Assembly: GCA_023140385.1 (NCBI GenBank)
Contig: JAGLLT010000026.1
Span: forward strand, 1-33,930
DNA: 33,930 nucleotides
Reading direction: 5' to 3'
From: Candidatus Omnitrophota bacterium
GTDB taxonomy: Bacteria; Omnitrophota; Gorgyraeia; JAGLLT01
The position numbers and the translations under genes were made by a program. Under the pieces are notes generated by a model that saw only the letters and a program-made list of their open reading frames with translations, searched no databases and had not been told where the DNA came from. Numbering within the stretch: position 1 is the stretch's first letter; the number at the start of each line of letters is the position of its first letter. Positions 25,784 through 33,930 of this stretch are shown here, one piece after another.

Positions 25784-26236
25784 ATGAGAATAGCCATAGG
25801 GGCGGATCATGGGGGCTATGAGTTGAAAGAGGCTGTTAAGGTCTATTTAGAGGGTAAGATGTATAAGGTTAGAGACTACGGGACAGATTCAAAGGAGAGC
25901 GTAGACTATCCCGATTTCGGATTGAAGGTGGCCGAGGCCGTGGCTAAAGGAGAGGCGGAGACCGGTATTTTAATTTGCACTACCGGTATAGGGCAGTCGA
26001 TAACTGCCAACAAGGTGCCTGGAATAAGGGCCGCGTTGTGCTTAAATAAAGACCAGGCTGAATTTTCACGCCTTCATAATAACGCAAATGTTATTGTCTT
26101 TGGGGCCAGATATACGGATGAGGATAAGGTGAAAGGAATGATTGACGTATATTTGACAACCGGCTTTGACGGCGGGCGGCACCAGAAACGATTAGATAAA
26201 ATCACAGAAATAGAAAAGAAATATGGGATAAAATAG
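25784..26236 (+). CDS. rpiB: ribose-5-phosphate isomerase B
   Basis: GADHGG, VDYPD, CTTGIG, ANKVPGIRA, HNNAN, GGRHQKR. Confidence 0.95.
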   Translation: MRIAIGADHGGYELKEAVKVYLEGKMYKVRDYGTDSKESVDYPDFGLKVAEAVAKGEAETGILICTTGIGQSITANKVPGIRAALCLNKDQAEFSRLHNNANVIVFGARYTDEDKVKGMIDVYLTTGFDGGRHQKRLDKITEIEKKYGIK

Positions 26237-26237
26237 C

Positions 26238-26360
26238 TCCGTCTCGAAAGATATCGCAAAATTCTCCTTGATAATTTTGCGACTCTCGACGGAATTAATT
26301 CGGGGCATATCAGTTATGTTCATCCCGAACCTTCGGGATTCCATAACTGATGCCCTCATT
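26238..26360. repeat. intergenic double-hairpin REP-like element
   Basis: TCCGTC/GACGGA with TCGCAAAATT/AATTTTGCGA; AATTCG; GGGC, ATCAGTTATG/CATAACTGAT and ATCCCGAA/TTCGGGAT stems; CTCATT. Confidence 0.75.
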
Positions 26361-26374
26361 AAAAGGAATAAAAA

Positions 26375-27637
26375 ATGAATACATTGAAAAGGGATGATCC
26401 GGAGCTTTTTGCGGCTTTACTGAAGGAGACTAAGAGACAGCATGATAATTTGGAGTTTATTGCCAGTGAAAATTTTGTCTCTGAAAATGTTTTATTCGCG
26501 CAGGGGTCAACTCTGACCAATAAATATGCCGAGGGGTATCCGGCAAAGCGCTGGTATAACGGTTGTGAGTTTGTGGATATAGCCGAGAAGCTGGCCATTG
26601 AGAGGGCGAGGGCACTGTTTGGGGCGGAGCATATAAATGTTCAGCCGCATTCAGGCTCACAGGCTAATATGGCGGTTTACTTTTCTGTTCTTAAGCCCGG
26701 GGATACGATTATGGCGTTGGATTTGGCCTGCGGGGGGCATCTTACTCACGGACATAAACTGAACTTTTCGGGCAAATTTTTTAATATAGTACCTTATGGA
26801 GTGGACAAAAAAACAGAACAGTTAGATTATAGCGAACTTGAGGATTTAGCCGAAAAAAGTAAGCCCAAGATGATTGTTGCCGGTGCCAGCGCTTATCCCA
26901 GAAGTATAGACTTTGAAAAGTTTAGCCAAATAGCTAAAAAGGTCGGGGCTTATCTGGCGGTTGATATGGCGCACATAGCGGGTTTGGTGGCCGCCGGACT
27001 TCATCCCGACCCGGTGTGCTGTTCTGATTTTGTGACCACCACTACTCATAAAACATTGCGCGGCCCCAGAGGGGGTATGATTTTGTGCAGGAATGAGTAT
27101 GCCAAAAAAATAGATGTGCAGATCTTTCCCGGTATCCAAGGGGGGCCTTTGATGCACGTTATCGCGGCTAAGGCCGTTGCTTTTGGCGAGGCGTTGAAAC
27201 CGGAGTTTAAAGAGTATCAGAAGCAGATTATTGAAAATGCCAGGGCGCTTTCAGAGGAGCTGATTAACAGGGGTTTCAGGATAGTGTCCGGAGGGACGGA
27301 TAATCACCTCCTTTTAATTGATGTCTCAAGTGTAGGGTTAACGGGAAAGGCCGCCGCCAATATACTTGATGAGGCGAGGATTACGGTAAATAAAAATATG
27401 ATTCCTTATGATAAGGAGTCACCTATGGTAACCAGCGGTATACGCATGGGTACCTCGGCGGTAACTACCAGGGGTATGAAGGAACCGGAGATGATTAAAA
27501 TCGCGGGGTTAATTGATATACTTCTTAAAAGCCCTGATGATACTTCTAAGATTGATACGGCCGTAAAAGAGATAAAAGAGTTGACTAACGCGTTTCCTCT
27601 TTATAAAGAGAGAATCAGAGATATGGAGGCTTGCTGA
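26375..27637 (+). CDS. glyA: serine hydroxymethyltransferase
   Basis: [41 protein letters not shown]. Confidence 0.98.
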   Translation: MNTLKRDDPELFAALLKETKRQHDNLEFIASENFVSENVLFAQGSTLTNKYAEGYPAKRWYNGCEFVDIAEKLAIERARALFGAEHINVQPHSGSQANMAVYFSVLKPGDTIMALDLACGGHLTHGHKLNFSGKFFNIVPYGVDKKTEQLDYSELEDLAEKSKPKMIVAGASAYPRSIDFEKFSQIAKKVGAYLAVDMAHIAGLVAAGLHPDPVCCSDFVTTTTHKTLRGPRGGMILCRNEYAKKIDVQIFPGIQGGPLMHVIAAKAVAFGEALKPEFKEYQKQIIENARALSEELINRGFRIVSGGTDNHLLLIDVSSVGLTGKAAANILDEARITVNKNMIPYDKESPMVTSGIRMGTSAVTTRGMKEPEMIKIAGLIDILLKSPDDTSKIDTAVKEIKELTNAFPLYKERIRDMEAC

Positions 27638-27641
27638 AGGG

Positions 27642-28109
27642 GTGAAAAAGAAGATTGAAAGGCCGGGGTGGGACGAGTATTTTTTAAAGATTACGAAAGT
27701 GGTTTCATCGCGCTCTACCTGTCTTAGAAGGAAGGTGGGAGCGGTTATCGTTAAGGATAAGAGAATACTGTCCAGTGGGTATAACGGAGCGCCTACCGGT
27801 TTGAAGCACTGCGGCGATTTAGGCGGCTGTTTAAGAGAGAAGATGAAAATTCCCTCGGGCCAGCGGCACGAACTATGCCGGGGATTGCACGCCGAGCAGA
27901 ACGCGATAATTCAGGCGGCGGTTCACGGGGCAAATATCAAGGATTCTGTTTTATACTGTACCACACATCCTTGTACAATCTGCGCGAAAATGATTATTAA
28001 CGCCGGCATAAAAAAGATAATTATCTCCGCTTTTTATCCCGACAAAGAGTCAAAAAAGCTGTTGAAAGAAGCCGGTGTAAAGGTAAGCGCGGTGAAAGAA
28101 AACGGCTGA
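27642..28109 (+). CDS. dCMP deaminase (ComEB family)
   Basis: [28 protein letters not shown] zinc motif. Confidence 0.93.
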   Translation: MKKKIERPGWDEYFLKITKVVSSRSTCLRRKVGAVIVKDKRILSSGYNGAPTGLKHCGDLGGCLREKMKIPSGQRHELCRGLHAEQNAIIQAAVHGANIKDSVLYCTTHPCTICAKMIINAGIKKIIISAFYPDKESKKLLKEAGVKVSAVKENG

Positions 28110-28140
28110 AACGCGCCGAAAATATTCTTTATTTTGCGGC

Positions 28141-28168
28141 TTGACAATATCTAAATATGGTGTATACT
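28141..28168 (+). promoter_or_regulatory. sigma70-type promoter of nrdR-nrdD
   Basis: TTGACA (28141-28146), 16 bp, TATACT (28163-28168). Confidence 0.8.
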
Positions 28169-28196
28169 CGTAGTACTAACATACAATATAGTGTGT
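28148..28196. promoter_or_regulatory. tandem NrdR boxes
   Basis: tatCtAaATaTgGtgt (28148-28163) and acatacaATaTaGtgt / ataCaAtATagtGtgt (28179-28196) match the consensus acaCwAtATaTwGtgt, starting 31-33 bp apart. Confidence 0.8.
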
Positions 28197-28233
28197 TTTC
28201 CTACCAAAACAGGGATTAAAAAGAACTGATAAA

Positions 28234-28698
28234 ATGAAGTGTCCTTATTGCGGCCATCAGGAAGATAAAGTAATTGATTCAAGGTCCTCCCATGAAGGTG
28301 ATTCCATAAGAAGAAGAAGAGAGTGTCTCAAGTGCCAGCGAAGGTATACAACCTATGAGCATATAGAAGGTGTATCTTTAATGGTGGTCAAGAAAGACGG
28401 CCGCCGGGAGTCTTTTGACAGGAAAAAACTACTTTCAGGTATAGTTAAGTCGTGCCAAAAAAGGCCGGTTAGTGTAGAAAAGCTTGAGGATTTAGTGGAT
28501 GACATAGAAAGGACACTGCAGAGAAGTTATGAGAAGGAAGTTTTGTGTAACGATATAGGCGAGCTGGTAATGAAGCGTCTGGGCGAGTTGGATCAGGTGG
28601 CTTATGTAAGATTTGCTTCCGTTTATAGAGAGTTTAAAGATGTAAATCAGTTCATGAAGGAATTAAAACAGATATTAGCCAAGGAGAGGAGCGCGTAG
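28234..28698 (+). CDS. nrdR: transcriptional repressor NrdR
   Basis: MKCPYC...RRRRECLKC zinc ribbon; ATP-cone [19 protein letters not shown]. Confidence 0.97.
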   Translation: MKCPYCGHQEDKVIDSRSSHEGDSIRRRRECLKCQRRYTTYEHIEGVSLMVVKKDGRRESFDRKKLLSGIVKSCQKRPVSVEKLEDLVDDIERTLQRSYEKEVLCNDIGELVMKRLGELDQVAYVRFASVYREFKDVNQFMKELKQILAKERSA

Positions 28699-31131
28699 AT
28701 GGGTCCGGAAACTGCCGCCGTAAAGGAGAATGAGGTGCAAGGAAACGAAACAAAATATTTTAGCCATGTTAAAAAAAGAGACGGCCGTATTCTGACTTTT
28801 GATAAAAACAGGATAGAAAATGCTATTTTTAAGGCGGCTAAAGCGGTTGGCGGTGAAGACAGGCTTCTCGCGGAAGAGCTATCGAATGTAGTAACTCTTT
28901 TCTTAAGGAAAAAATACACTGGGGAAGTTCCTTCTATTGAAGAGATTCAGGATGTGGTGGAAAAGGTTTTAATAGAGACGGGCCATGCCAAAACCGCTAA
29001 GGCGTACATCCTCTTTAGGAAAAAAAGGACAGAGCTTAGAAACAAATTGCAGGTAAGAAAAAGAGTGAAGGAGAGAACCGACTCAACAGATTTATCTCTT
29101 TTGGTTACTCCTCTGGCAAAGGACAAGCTTTTAGAATGGGATAAAAAAAGGATAGCTATGGCTCTTCAGAAAGAGGCCCTGATAGAGGAAGAGCTGGCCT
29201 GGGATGTGGCCTCCAGCGTCGAAGAAAGAATATTCAAATCCGGCATAAGCCGGATATCGACTACCTTGATAAGAGAGCTGGTTGATAATGAGCTTTTTGA
29301 AAGAGGCTTGAGTAAAAAGTTAAACCAGCAGGCGGTAATAGGTATGCCTTCCTATGATATTGAGCAGTTAATTTATTCAAAAAGCTCCGAAAACAGCAAT
29401 ATAACCGCCAATAATCCGGAAGCAATAAATTTAGCCATTGCCGAGACTACTTTAAAGCAATATCTACTTCAAAACATATTTTCCGCCGATGTGGCGACAG
29501 GCCACCTGACGGGGATGATTCATATTCATGATTTGGGCTATCCAAGAGTTTACTGCAGTTCGCACTCTTTAGAGTATATCAAGAAGTACGGCCTTGAACT
29601 GGGTAATCTTGATACGTCAAGCGCGCCGGCTTCTCATGCCAGGACATTGACAGGACACTTAAATACTTTTCTGGCCTCTATGCAGGCTTATTATGCCGGA
29701 GCCTTAGGGATAGGATATGTGAATATTTTTTACGCGCCGTACATGGAAGGGATGAGCTTTAAAGAGATGAGACAGGAGGCGCAGTATCTTATATTTTCAG
29801 GCAGTCAAAATGCTTTCTCGCGCGGGGGACAGAGCCTGTTCATAGACTTTAACATCCATACGGGCATTCCATCCTATCTTAAAAATATACCGGCCATAGG
29901 CCCGGGAGGAAAGTACACCGGAAGAACTTATGAAGAATATGGAGAGACCGCCAGAGAGTTTGCCAGAGCTATGCTGAGTGTCTGGCAGGAAGGCGACAAG
30001 GACGGGCACCCTTTTGCTTTTCCCAAGTGCGACTTCCATATTAACAAGGAGACTTTTAGTGATCCTAAGCAGAAGGAGCTTATGGAATATGCCGCCCAAG
30101 TAGCCAGCGAGAATGGGTCACCCTATTTTATCTTTGATCGTGATGAGGTAACCCTATCGGCCTGCTGCCGCCTGAGAACCCAGATAAAGGATAACTATAT
30201 GATAGAGCATCCTGAATCAATGCGTTTTTGCGGCTTTCAAAATATAACAGTAAATCTTCCTCAGGCGGGATACAGGGCGGGCAAGGGTAATGTAGACGGC
30301 GTATTTAAAGAAATAGATAAGGCGCTGGATTTGGTTATTAAAGCGCATATCCAGAAACGTGATTTCATTGCCAGACTTATGAGCGAACCCGGTATGCCGA
30401 TGTGGGAAATGGGTAAAGTTGCCAAAGACGGCAGGCCGTATATAGATTTGAGCAAGGCTACCTATATTATCGGACTCATCGGACTTAATGAATGCGTTCA
30501 GGCGTTGACCGGTAAAGAACTTCACGAAGATGACGAGGTTTATAAGATAGGGCTTAAAATAATTTCTCATATGTTCCTCAGGGCCAAGGAGGAAGAGAAG
30601 AGGTTGGGGTTGAAATTTTCTCTTGAAGAGTCTCCGGCGGAGTCGGCGGCCAGAAGACTGGCTAAGGTAGACCTAAGAAATTATCCGGAGGCGCATATAG
30701 TAGTAAAGGGCGAAATCGAAAAAGATGAATGTTACTATACTAACTCCATTCACTTCAGAGCGGATGCTGATATAGATATGATTACCCGCATTCAGAAGCA
30801 GAGCAGGTTTCATACGATGATTGAATCAGGCGCCATAATACATGCCTTTGTCGGTGAAAATAGGCCGTCAAAAGATGCTATTGTGAAACTGGTAGAGAGA
30901 ACATTTAAAAGTACGCAGGCGGCTCAACTTACCATTTCGCCGGAGTTCACTATCTGCAAAGATTGTAGTAAGGTTTCTATCGGTTTACTTGAGAATTGCC
31001 GGTACTGCAATTCCAACAACGTCTATGGTATTACAAGAATTGTCGGGTATTATTCGAGAGTGGATAATTGGAATAAGTCCAAGATTGGGGAATTAAAGGA
31101 CAGGCATAGGGGTAATTACGCGGTTAAGTGA
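28699..31131 (+). CDS. nrdD: anaerobic (class III) ribonucleoside-triphosphate reductase
   Basis: ATP-cone(s); IHIHD; SACCRL finger loop; ESPAES; YYTNS; CKDC..CRYC zinc site; RIVGYY glycyl-radical motif. Confidence 0.95.
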   Translation: MGPETAAVKENEVQGNETKYFSHVKKRDGRILTFDKNRIENAIFKAAKAVGGEDRLLAEELSNVVTLFLRKKYTGEVPSIEEIQDVVEKVLIETGHAKTAKAYILFRKKRTELRNKLQVRKRVKERTDSTDLSLLVTPLAKDKLLEWDKKRIAMALQKEALIEEELAWDVASSVEERIFKSGISRISTTLIRELVDNELFERGLSKKLNQQAVIGMPSYDIEQLIYSKSSENSNITANNPEAINLAIAETTLKQYLLQNIFSADVATGHLTGMIHIHDLGYPRVYCSSHSLEYIKKYGLELGNLDTSSAPASHARTLTGHLNTFLASMQAYYAGALGIGYVNIFYAPYMEGMSFKEMRQEAQYLIFSGSQNAFSRGGQSLFIDFNIHTGIPSYLKNIPAIGPGGKYTGRTYEEYGETAREFARAMLSVWQEGDKDGHPFAFPKCDFHINKETFSDPKQKELMEYAAQVASENGSPYFIFDRDEVTLSACCRLRTQIKDNYMIEHPESMRFCGFQNITVNLPQAGYRAGKGNVDGVFKEIDKALDLVIKAHIQKRDFIARLMSEPGMPMWEMGKVAKDGRPYIDLSKATYIIGLIGLNECVQALTGKELHEDDEVYKIGLKIISHMFLRAKEEEKRLGLKFSLEESPAESAARRLAKVDLRNYPEAHIVVKGEIEKDECYYTNSIHFRADADIDMITRIQKQSRFHTMIESGAIIHAFVGENRPSKDAIVKLVERTFKSTQAAQLTISPEFTICKDCSKVSIGLLENCRYCNSNNVYGITRIVGYYSRVDNWNKSKIGELKDRHRGNYAVK

Positions 31132-31146
31132 GGGAGGAAAGATTGA

Positions 31147-31413
31147 ATGCATATTAAGATATTTGGTAAAGAGGGGTGTGCTAAGTGCAAGACGACGAAA
31201 AGTAAGGTGGAATTTTTTATTGATAAGTGGAACCTCAAGGAAAAACTCAAAATTTCCTTCCTCAATATGGACTCAGTTGAAGGCCTCGCAGAGGCAGCAA
31301 TGCACGATGTTTTAGATATTCCTGTCACCATCCTTGAAAAAGAGGGCAGTGTTTTAGCCAGGTGGGACGGCGAAGTGCCAAAGTCCGATGAGTTTAAATC
31401 CTACGTTCTGTAA
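31147..31413 (+). CDS. small thioredoxin/glutaredoxin (NrdH-like) CxxC protein
   Basis: FGKEGCAKCK and IPVTIL (cis-Pro) motifs; 15 nt after nrdD with GGAGG SD. Confidence 0.8.
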   Translation: MHIKIFGKEGCAKCKTTKSKVEFFIDKWNLKEKLKISFLNMDSVEGLAEAAMHDVLDIPVTILEKEGSVLARWDGEVPKSDEFKSYVL

Positions 31414-31509
31414 AAAAAGCGCGCTCCTTTTTTACACCTAACCCATAAAATATTTCACATTTCAAGGGTTGTTCTACTACAAGTTTTGTTGAATGTTGAG
31501 ACCTGACCC

Positions 31510-33132
31510 CTATAGGTTGCTTTGGATGTTGGCTTGTTTCAGTAGGTCTTCGAACCATATTTGGTAGACTTCCATTTTTTTGGCCTGGAGGGCTTTTTCC
31601 TGAAACTCTTCTTTATCTTTTTGATACTGCTCTTCGTCTATGGGTTTTAGTTCCTGGGGGGTGAGTATGCAGTATCCTTTGGCTACCCGGATAATACTTG
31701 ATATATCGGCTATTTTAAGGTTGAAGGCGCTTTGAATAAAGCCGGGTGACTTGCCTATGCCCTTGATGTAGTCGTTCCTGCTGAAAAAGTCAGTTTCTTC
31801 AATATTGAGAGAAAGAGCCGCGGCGGCTTCTTTAAAACCCTTGCCCGCTTTGACGGCTTCCCCGATTTTTTTCCGGTACTCTTTCGCGCTTTCTTCGGCC
31901 AGGAGGAGAGCTTGTTTGTTTATATAAGCCTTTTTAGCGTCTTCTTTGATCTCATCGTAGGATGGAATATATGAGTCCTTTTTTTCCTTAAGCTTGATGA
32001 GGCAATAGCCGGCCGGCAGTTCAACCAGATTGCTTATCTCTTCCTTTTTCAGTTCTAAGGCTGTAGTCAGGAATTGATAGTTCCAGCCGATTTCCGGGAT
32101 TGACTCAGTGCCGGAGAAGAAGCCCGTTTCCTTTATTTCAACAGAGTGTTTTTGAGCCGCTTCTTTAAAGCCGGCGCCCCCTATGATATCCTGCTCTATT
32201 TCATCGGCTATATCCAGCGCTAAGTCCTTAGCTTTTTTATGAAGGAGGGTGTTTTTTATCTCGGCCTCCACTTCCTTTAAAGGCTTGTAGGTTACTTCGC
32301 TGCCATTTTCATTATTTTCTGCGTCCTCGGTATTTTCATCGCCGGGCTTTATCTTAAAAGATTCTTTATTGCTTTGGTAATAGCTTTCTATTTCAACCTC
32401 GCTGATCTCAGCGTCTCCCTGAGTGTGCTGGGTGGTGACCGCTATGTATTCGACATTTACCCCGGGTTGGGTTTTAAAGAGCTCTTTGTTTTTTTGATAA
32501 AAGCCCTCTATTTTTTCTTCATCTGCCGTAACAGCATCTATAAATATTGCCGGCTCTATCAGGACGTAACCCGCCTTTACTTTTTCGTTTTCGTTTTTAT
32601 ACTGATTTAAAAGTTCTTCGCCGCTGAGAGTTATGCCGGCGCTGATAACCTGTACAAGTTTGCCTATTTGCAGGCCTTGGCGCGTCTCTTCTTCAAAGGC
32701 TCTGGGCGTGGTGTTAAATGACCTTTCGAGGACGATCTTGTACCACTCTTCGTTTACTTTGCCGTTTTCGCCAAACAGCAGGATAATTCTTTCGACTACC
32801 TCTTTATCAGCTACCCGGATTTTTCTTTTTTTGGCTTCCCTTAAAAGAAGAAGCCTTTGCCAGGCTTGTTCTTCCAGATTTAACATATCAATGACTTTGG
32901 GCAGGTCTTTGCCGTAGAGGAGGGCGGCCTGGTGCTGGCAGGCACGGTAACTTTTAACAAAATCATCAAAGGCTACCTTTTTGCCGAAGAGCGTGCCGGC
33001 ATATTTTGGCTGTGAACTGTTTCTTGGCGGGCCGCTGCTAATGCCAAAAAAGACAAAAGTGACAATAATTATAATACATATTGCCCAGAGTATTACCTTC
33101 ATATTTTTTTGTTTTCGTAAAACCTTAAGCAT
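31510..33132 (-). CDS. SurA N-terminal domain / PpiD-like periplasmic chaperone
   Basis: MLKVLRK start, TM anchor, LLLREAKKRKIRVADKEV, and parvulin-like repeats (ETGFFS...IPEIG, ETDFFSRNDYIKGIG). Confidence 0.8.
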   Translation of the reverse strand: MLKVLRKQKNMKVILWAICIIIIVTFVFFGISSGPPRNSSQPKYAGTLFGKKVAFDDFVKSYRACQHQAALLYGKDLPKVIDMLNLEEQAWQRLLLLREAKKRKIRVADKEVVERIILLFGENGKVNEEWYKIVLERSFNTTPRAFEEETRQGLQIGKLVQVISAGITLSGEELLNQYKNENEKVKAGYVLIEPAIFIDAVTADEEKIEGFYQKNKELFKTQPGVNVEYIAVTTQHTQGDAEISEVEIESYYQSNKESFKIKPGDENTEDAENNENGSEVTYKPLKEVEAEIKNTLLHKKAKDLALDIADEIEQDIIGGAGFKEAAQKHSVEIKETGFFSGTESIPEIGWNYQFLTTALELKKEEISNLVELPAGYCLIKLKEKKDSYIPSYDEIKEDAKKAYINKQALLLAEESAKEYRKKIGEAVKAGKGFKEAAAALSLNIEETDFFSRNDYIKGIGKSPGFIQSAFNLKIADISSIIRVAKGYCILTPQELKPIDEEQYQKDKEEFQEKALQAKKMEVYQIWFEDLLKQANIQSNL

Positions 33133-33160
33133 TGTAATAACCTCCTTGATTTAAAAAAAC

Positions 33161-33188
33161 ATTATAGCACACAGCCGGCCTTTGACAA
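33161..33188 (-). promoter_or_regulatory. sigma70-type promoter of the SurA/PpiD-like gene
   Basis: minus strand reads TTGTCA, 16 bp, TGc-TATAAT; GGAGG SD at 33141-33145. Confidence 0.6.
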
Positions 33189-33494
33189 GAAAAAAGTTGC
33201 CTAATAGGCGAAATAGAATAGATGGACATATTTCTTGACAAAAAATAACGTTTTGATGGCAGCTAAACTTTAGGTAGCCGCTTTTAATTTTTAAATGGCC
33301 TTAAGAAAAGATATCTTGAAAAATTTTAGTTTGTAGTGTAATATATAATTTTAATACTATAGTACTGTCATATATAAAGGCATTTAATATAAGCTCTCAC
33401 TTAGTAGCTATATAGGAGGCGAAGAACCTTCAACCGGTTCAAATTCAATCCTTTACATTAAAGCAAACATGAAATTTCTATAATAGATAATACT

Positions 33495-33930
33495 ATGAAA
33501 GCAGACAACCTTATCATAAGAAGGATATCCGCCTTACTGATACTGACAGGATTGACATTGAACGCCGGCTACGCGCTTGCTCTTCCTGAAGGTGAAGAGG
33601 TAGTTTCAGGAAGCGCCGAATTCTCCCGCCCGGATGATAATACCGTAAATATTACCACCTCGGATAAGGCAATTATCAATTATGAAACCTTTAACATCGC
33701 CCAGCCGGAAACAGTACGCTTCATCCAGCCCTCTTCTTCTTCATCTGCCTTAAATAGAGTTGTCGGCATAAATCCTTCAGAGATCTTCGGCAGTATTCAA
33801 TCTAACGGAAAGATCTTTTTGGTTAATCCCAACGGCATATTCTTCGGCCCCTCCTCGCGCGTGGATACCGGCTCTTTTTTAGCCTCCACCCTGGACATCA
33901 AAAACGAGGATTTTCAAAATAATAAACTAA
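33495..33930 (+). CDS. filamentous haemagglutinin-family (TPS domain) exoprotein, 5' part only; runs off the window and is absent from the ORF track
   Basis: MKADNLIIRRISALLILTGLTLNAGYALA-LPEGEEVVSG...AIINYETFNI...ALNRVVG...GSIQSNGKIFLVNPNGIFFG; no stop before the window end. Confidence 0.9.
   Translation, partial: MKADNLIIRRISALLILTGLTLNAGYALALPEGEEVVSGSAEFSRPDDNTVNITTSDKAIINYETFNIAQPETVRFIQPSSSSSALNRVVGINPSEIFGSIQSNGKIFLVNPNGIFFGPSSRVDTGSFLASTLDIKNEDFQNNKL

Noticed and set aside
31411..31435. Possible bidirectional terminator between the convergent redoxin and SurA-like genes
   Set aside because: The stem is nearly all A-T pairs with no GC-rich core.
33410..33475. Possible c-di-GMP riboswitch or ops element before the haemagglutinin gene
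   Set aside because: Only a small GAACC/GGTTC hairpin is visible; GEMM and GGCGGTAG consensus sequences were not found.
1..33930. CRISPR arrays, tRNA/rRNA genes, transposases, integrases, prophage or defence genes
   Set aside because: No regularly spaced repeats, cloverleaf-like sequences or matching protein motifs were seen; the spacers are short and mostly accounted for.

Overview
Mostly + strand, gene-dense bacterial DNA from a diderm organism (it encodes an outer-membrane FadL-like barrel and a TPS/haemagglutinin-type exoprotein). The class III RNR suggests an anaerobe or facultative anaerobe; a PVC/Omnitrophota-like lineage is only a tentative impression. In order: (1) 50-6275, a candidate signalling operon with a near-consensus sigma70 promoter, an unannotated 18-codon Tyr/Phe-containing leader ORF abutting an intrinsic terminator, a FadL/OmpP1 barrel, an unusual PilZ::class I HMG-CoA reductase fusion, a 7TM-GAF histidine kinase and a REC-HD-GYP phosphodiesterase; (2) a GldAFG-like ABC system, TauE, and a PA2779-like protein paired with a C39-TPR lipoprotein; (3) purB-purL(PurS-fused)-purQ-purM-purD-orf-purE; (4) mscS-otsA-otsB; (5) tsaC::LMW-PTP fusion, an AT-rich inserted gene, rpiB, glyA and dCMP deaminase; (6) nrdR-nrdD-redoxin with tandem NrdR boxes; (7) a SurA/PpiD-like gene on the minus strand and the truncated start of a filamentous-haemagglutinin-family gene. 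Small palindromic elements occur between genes and in-frame inside purQ and the GldG-like gene. The best candidate for an undescribed system is the FadL / PilZ-HMGR / HK / HD-GYP module. All calls come from reading motifs by eye; no searches were run.
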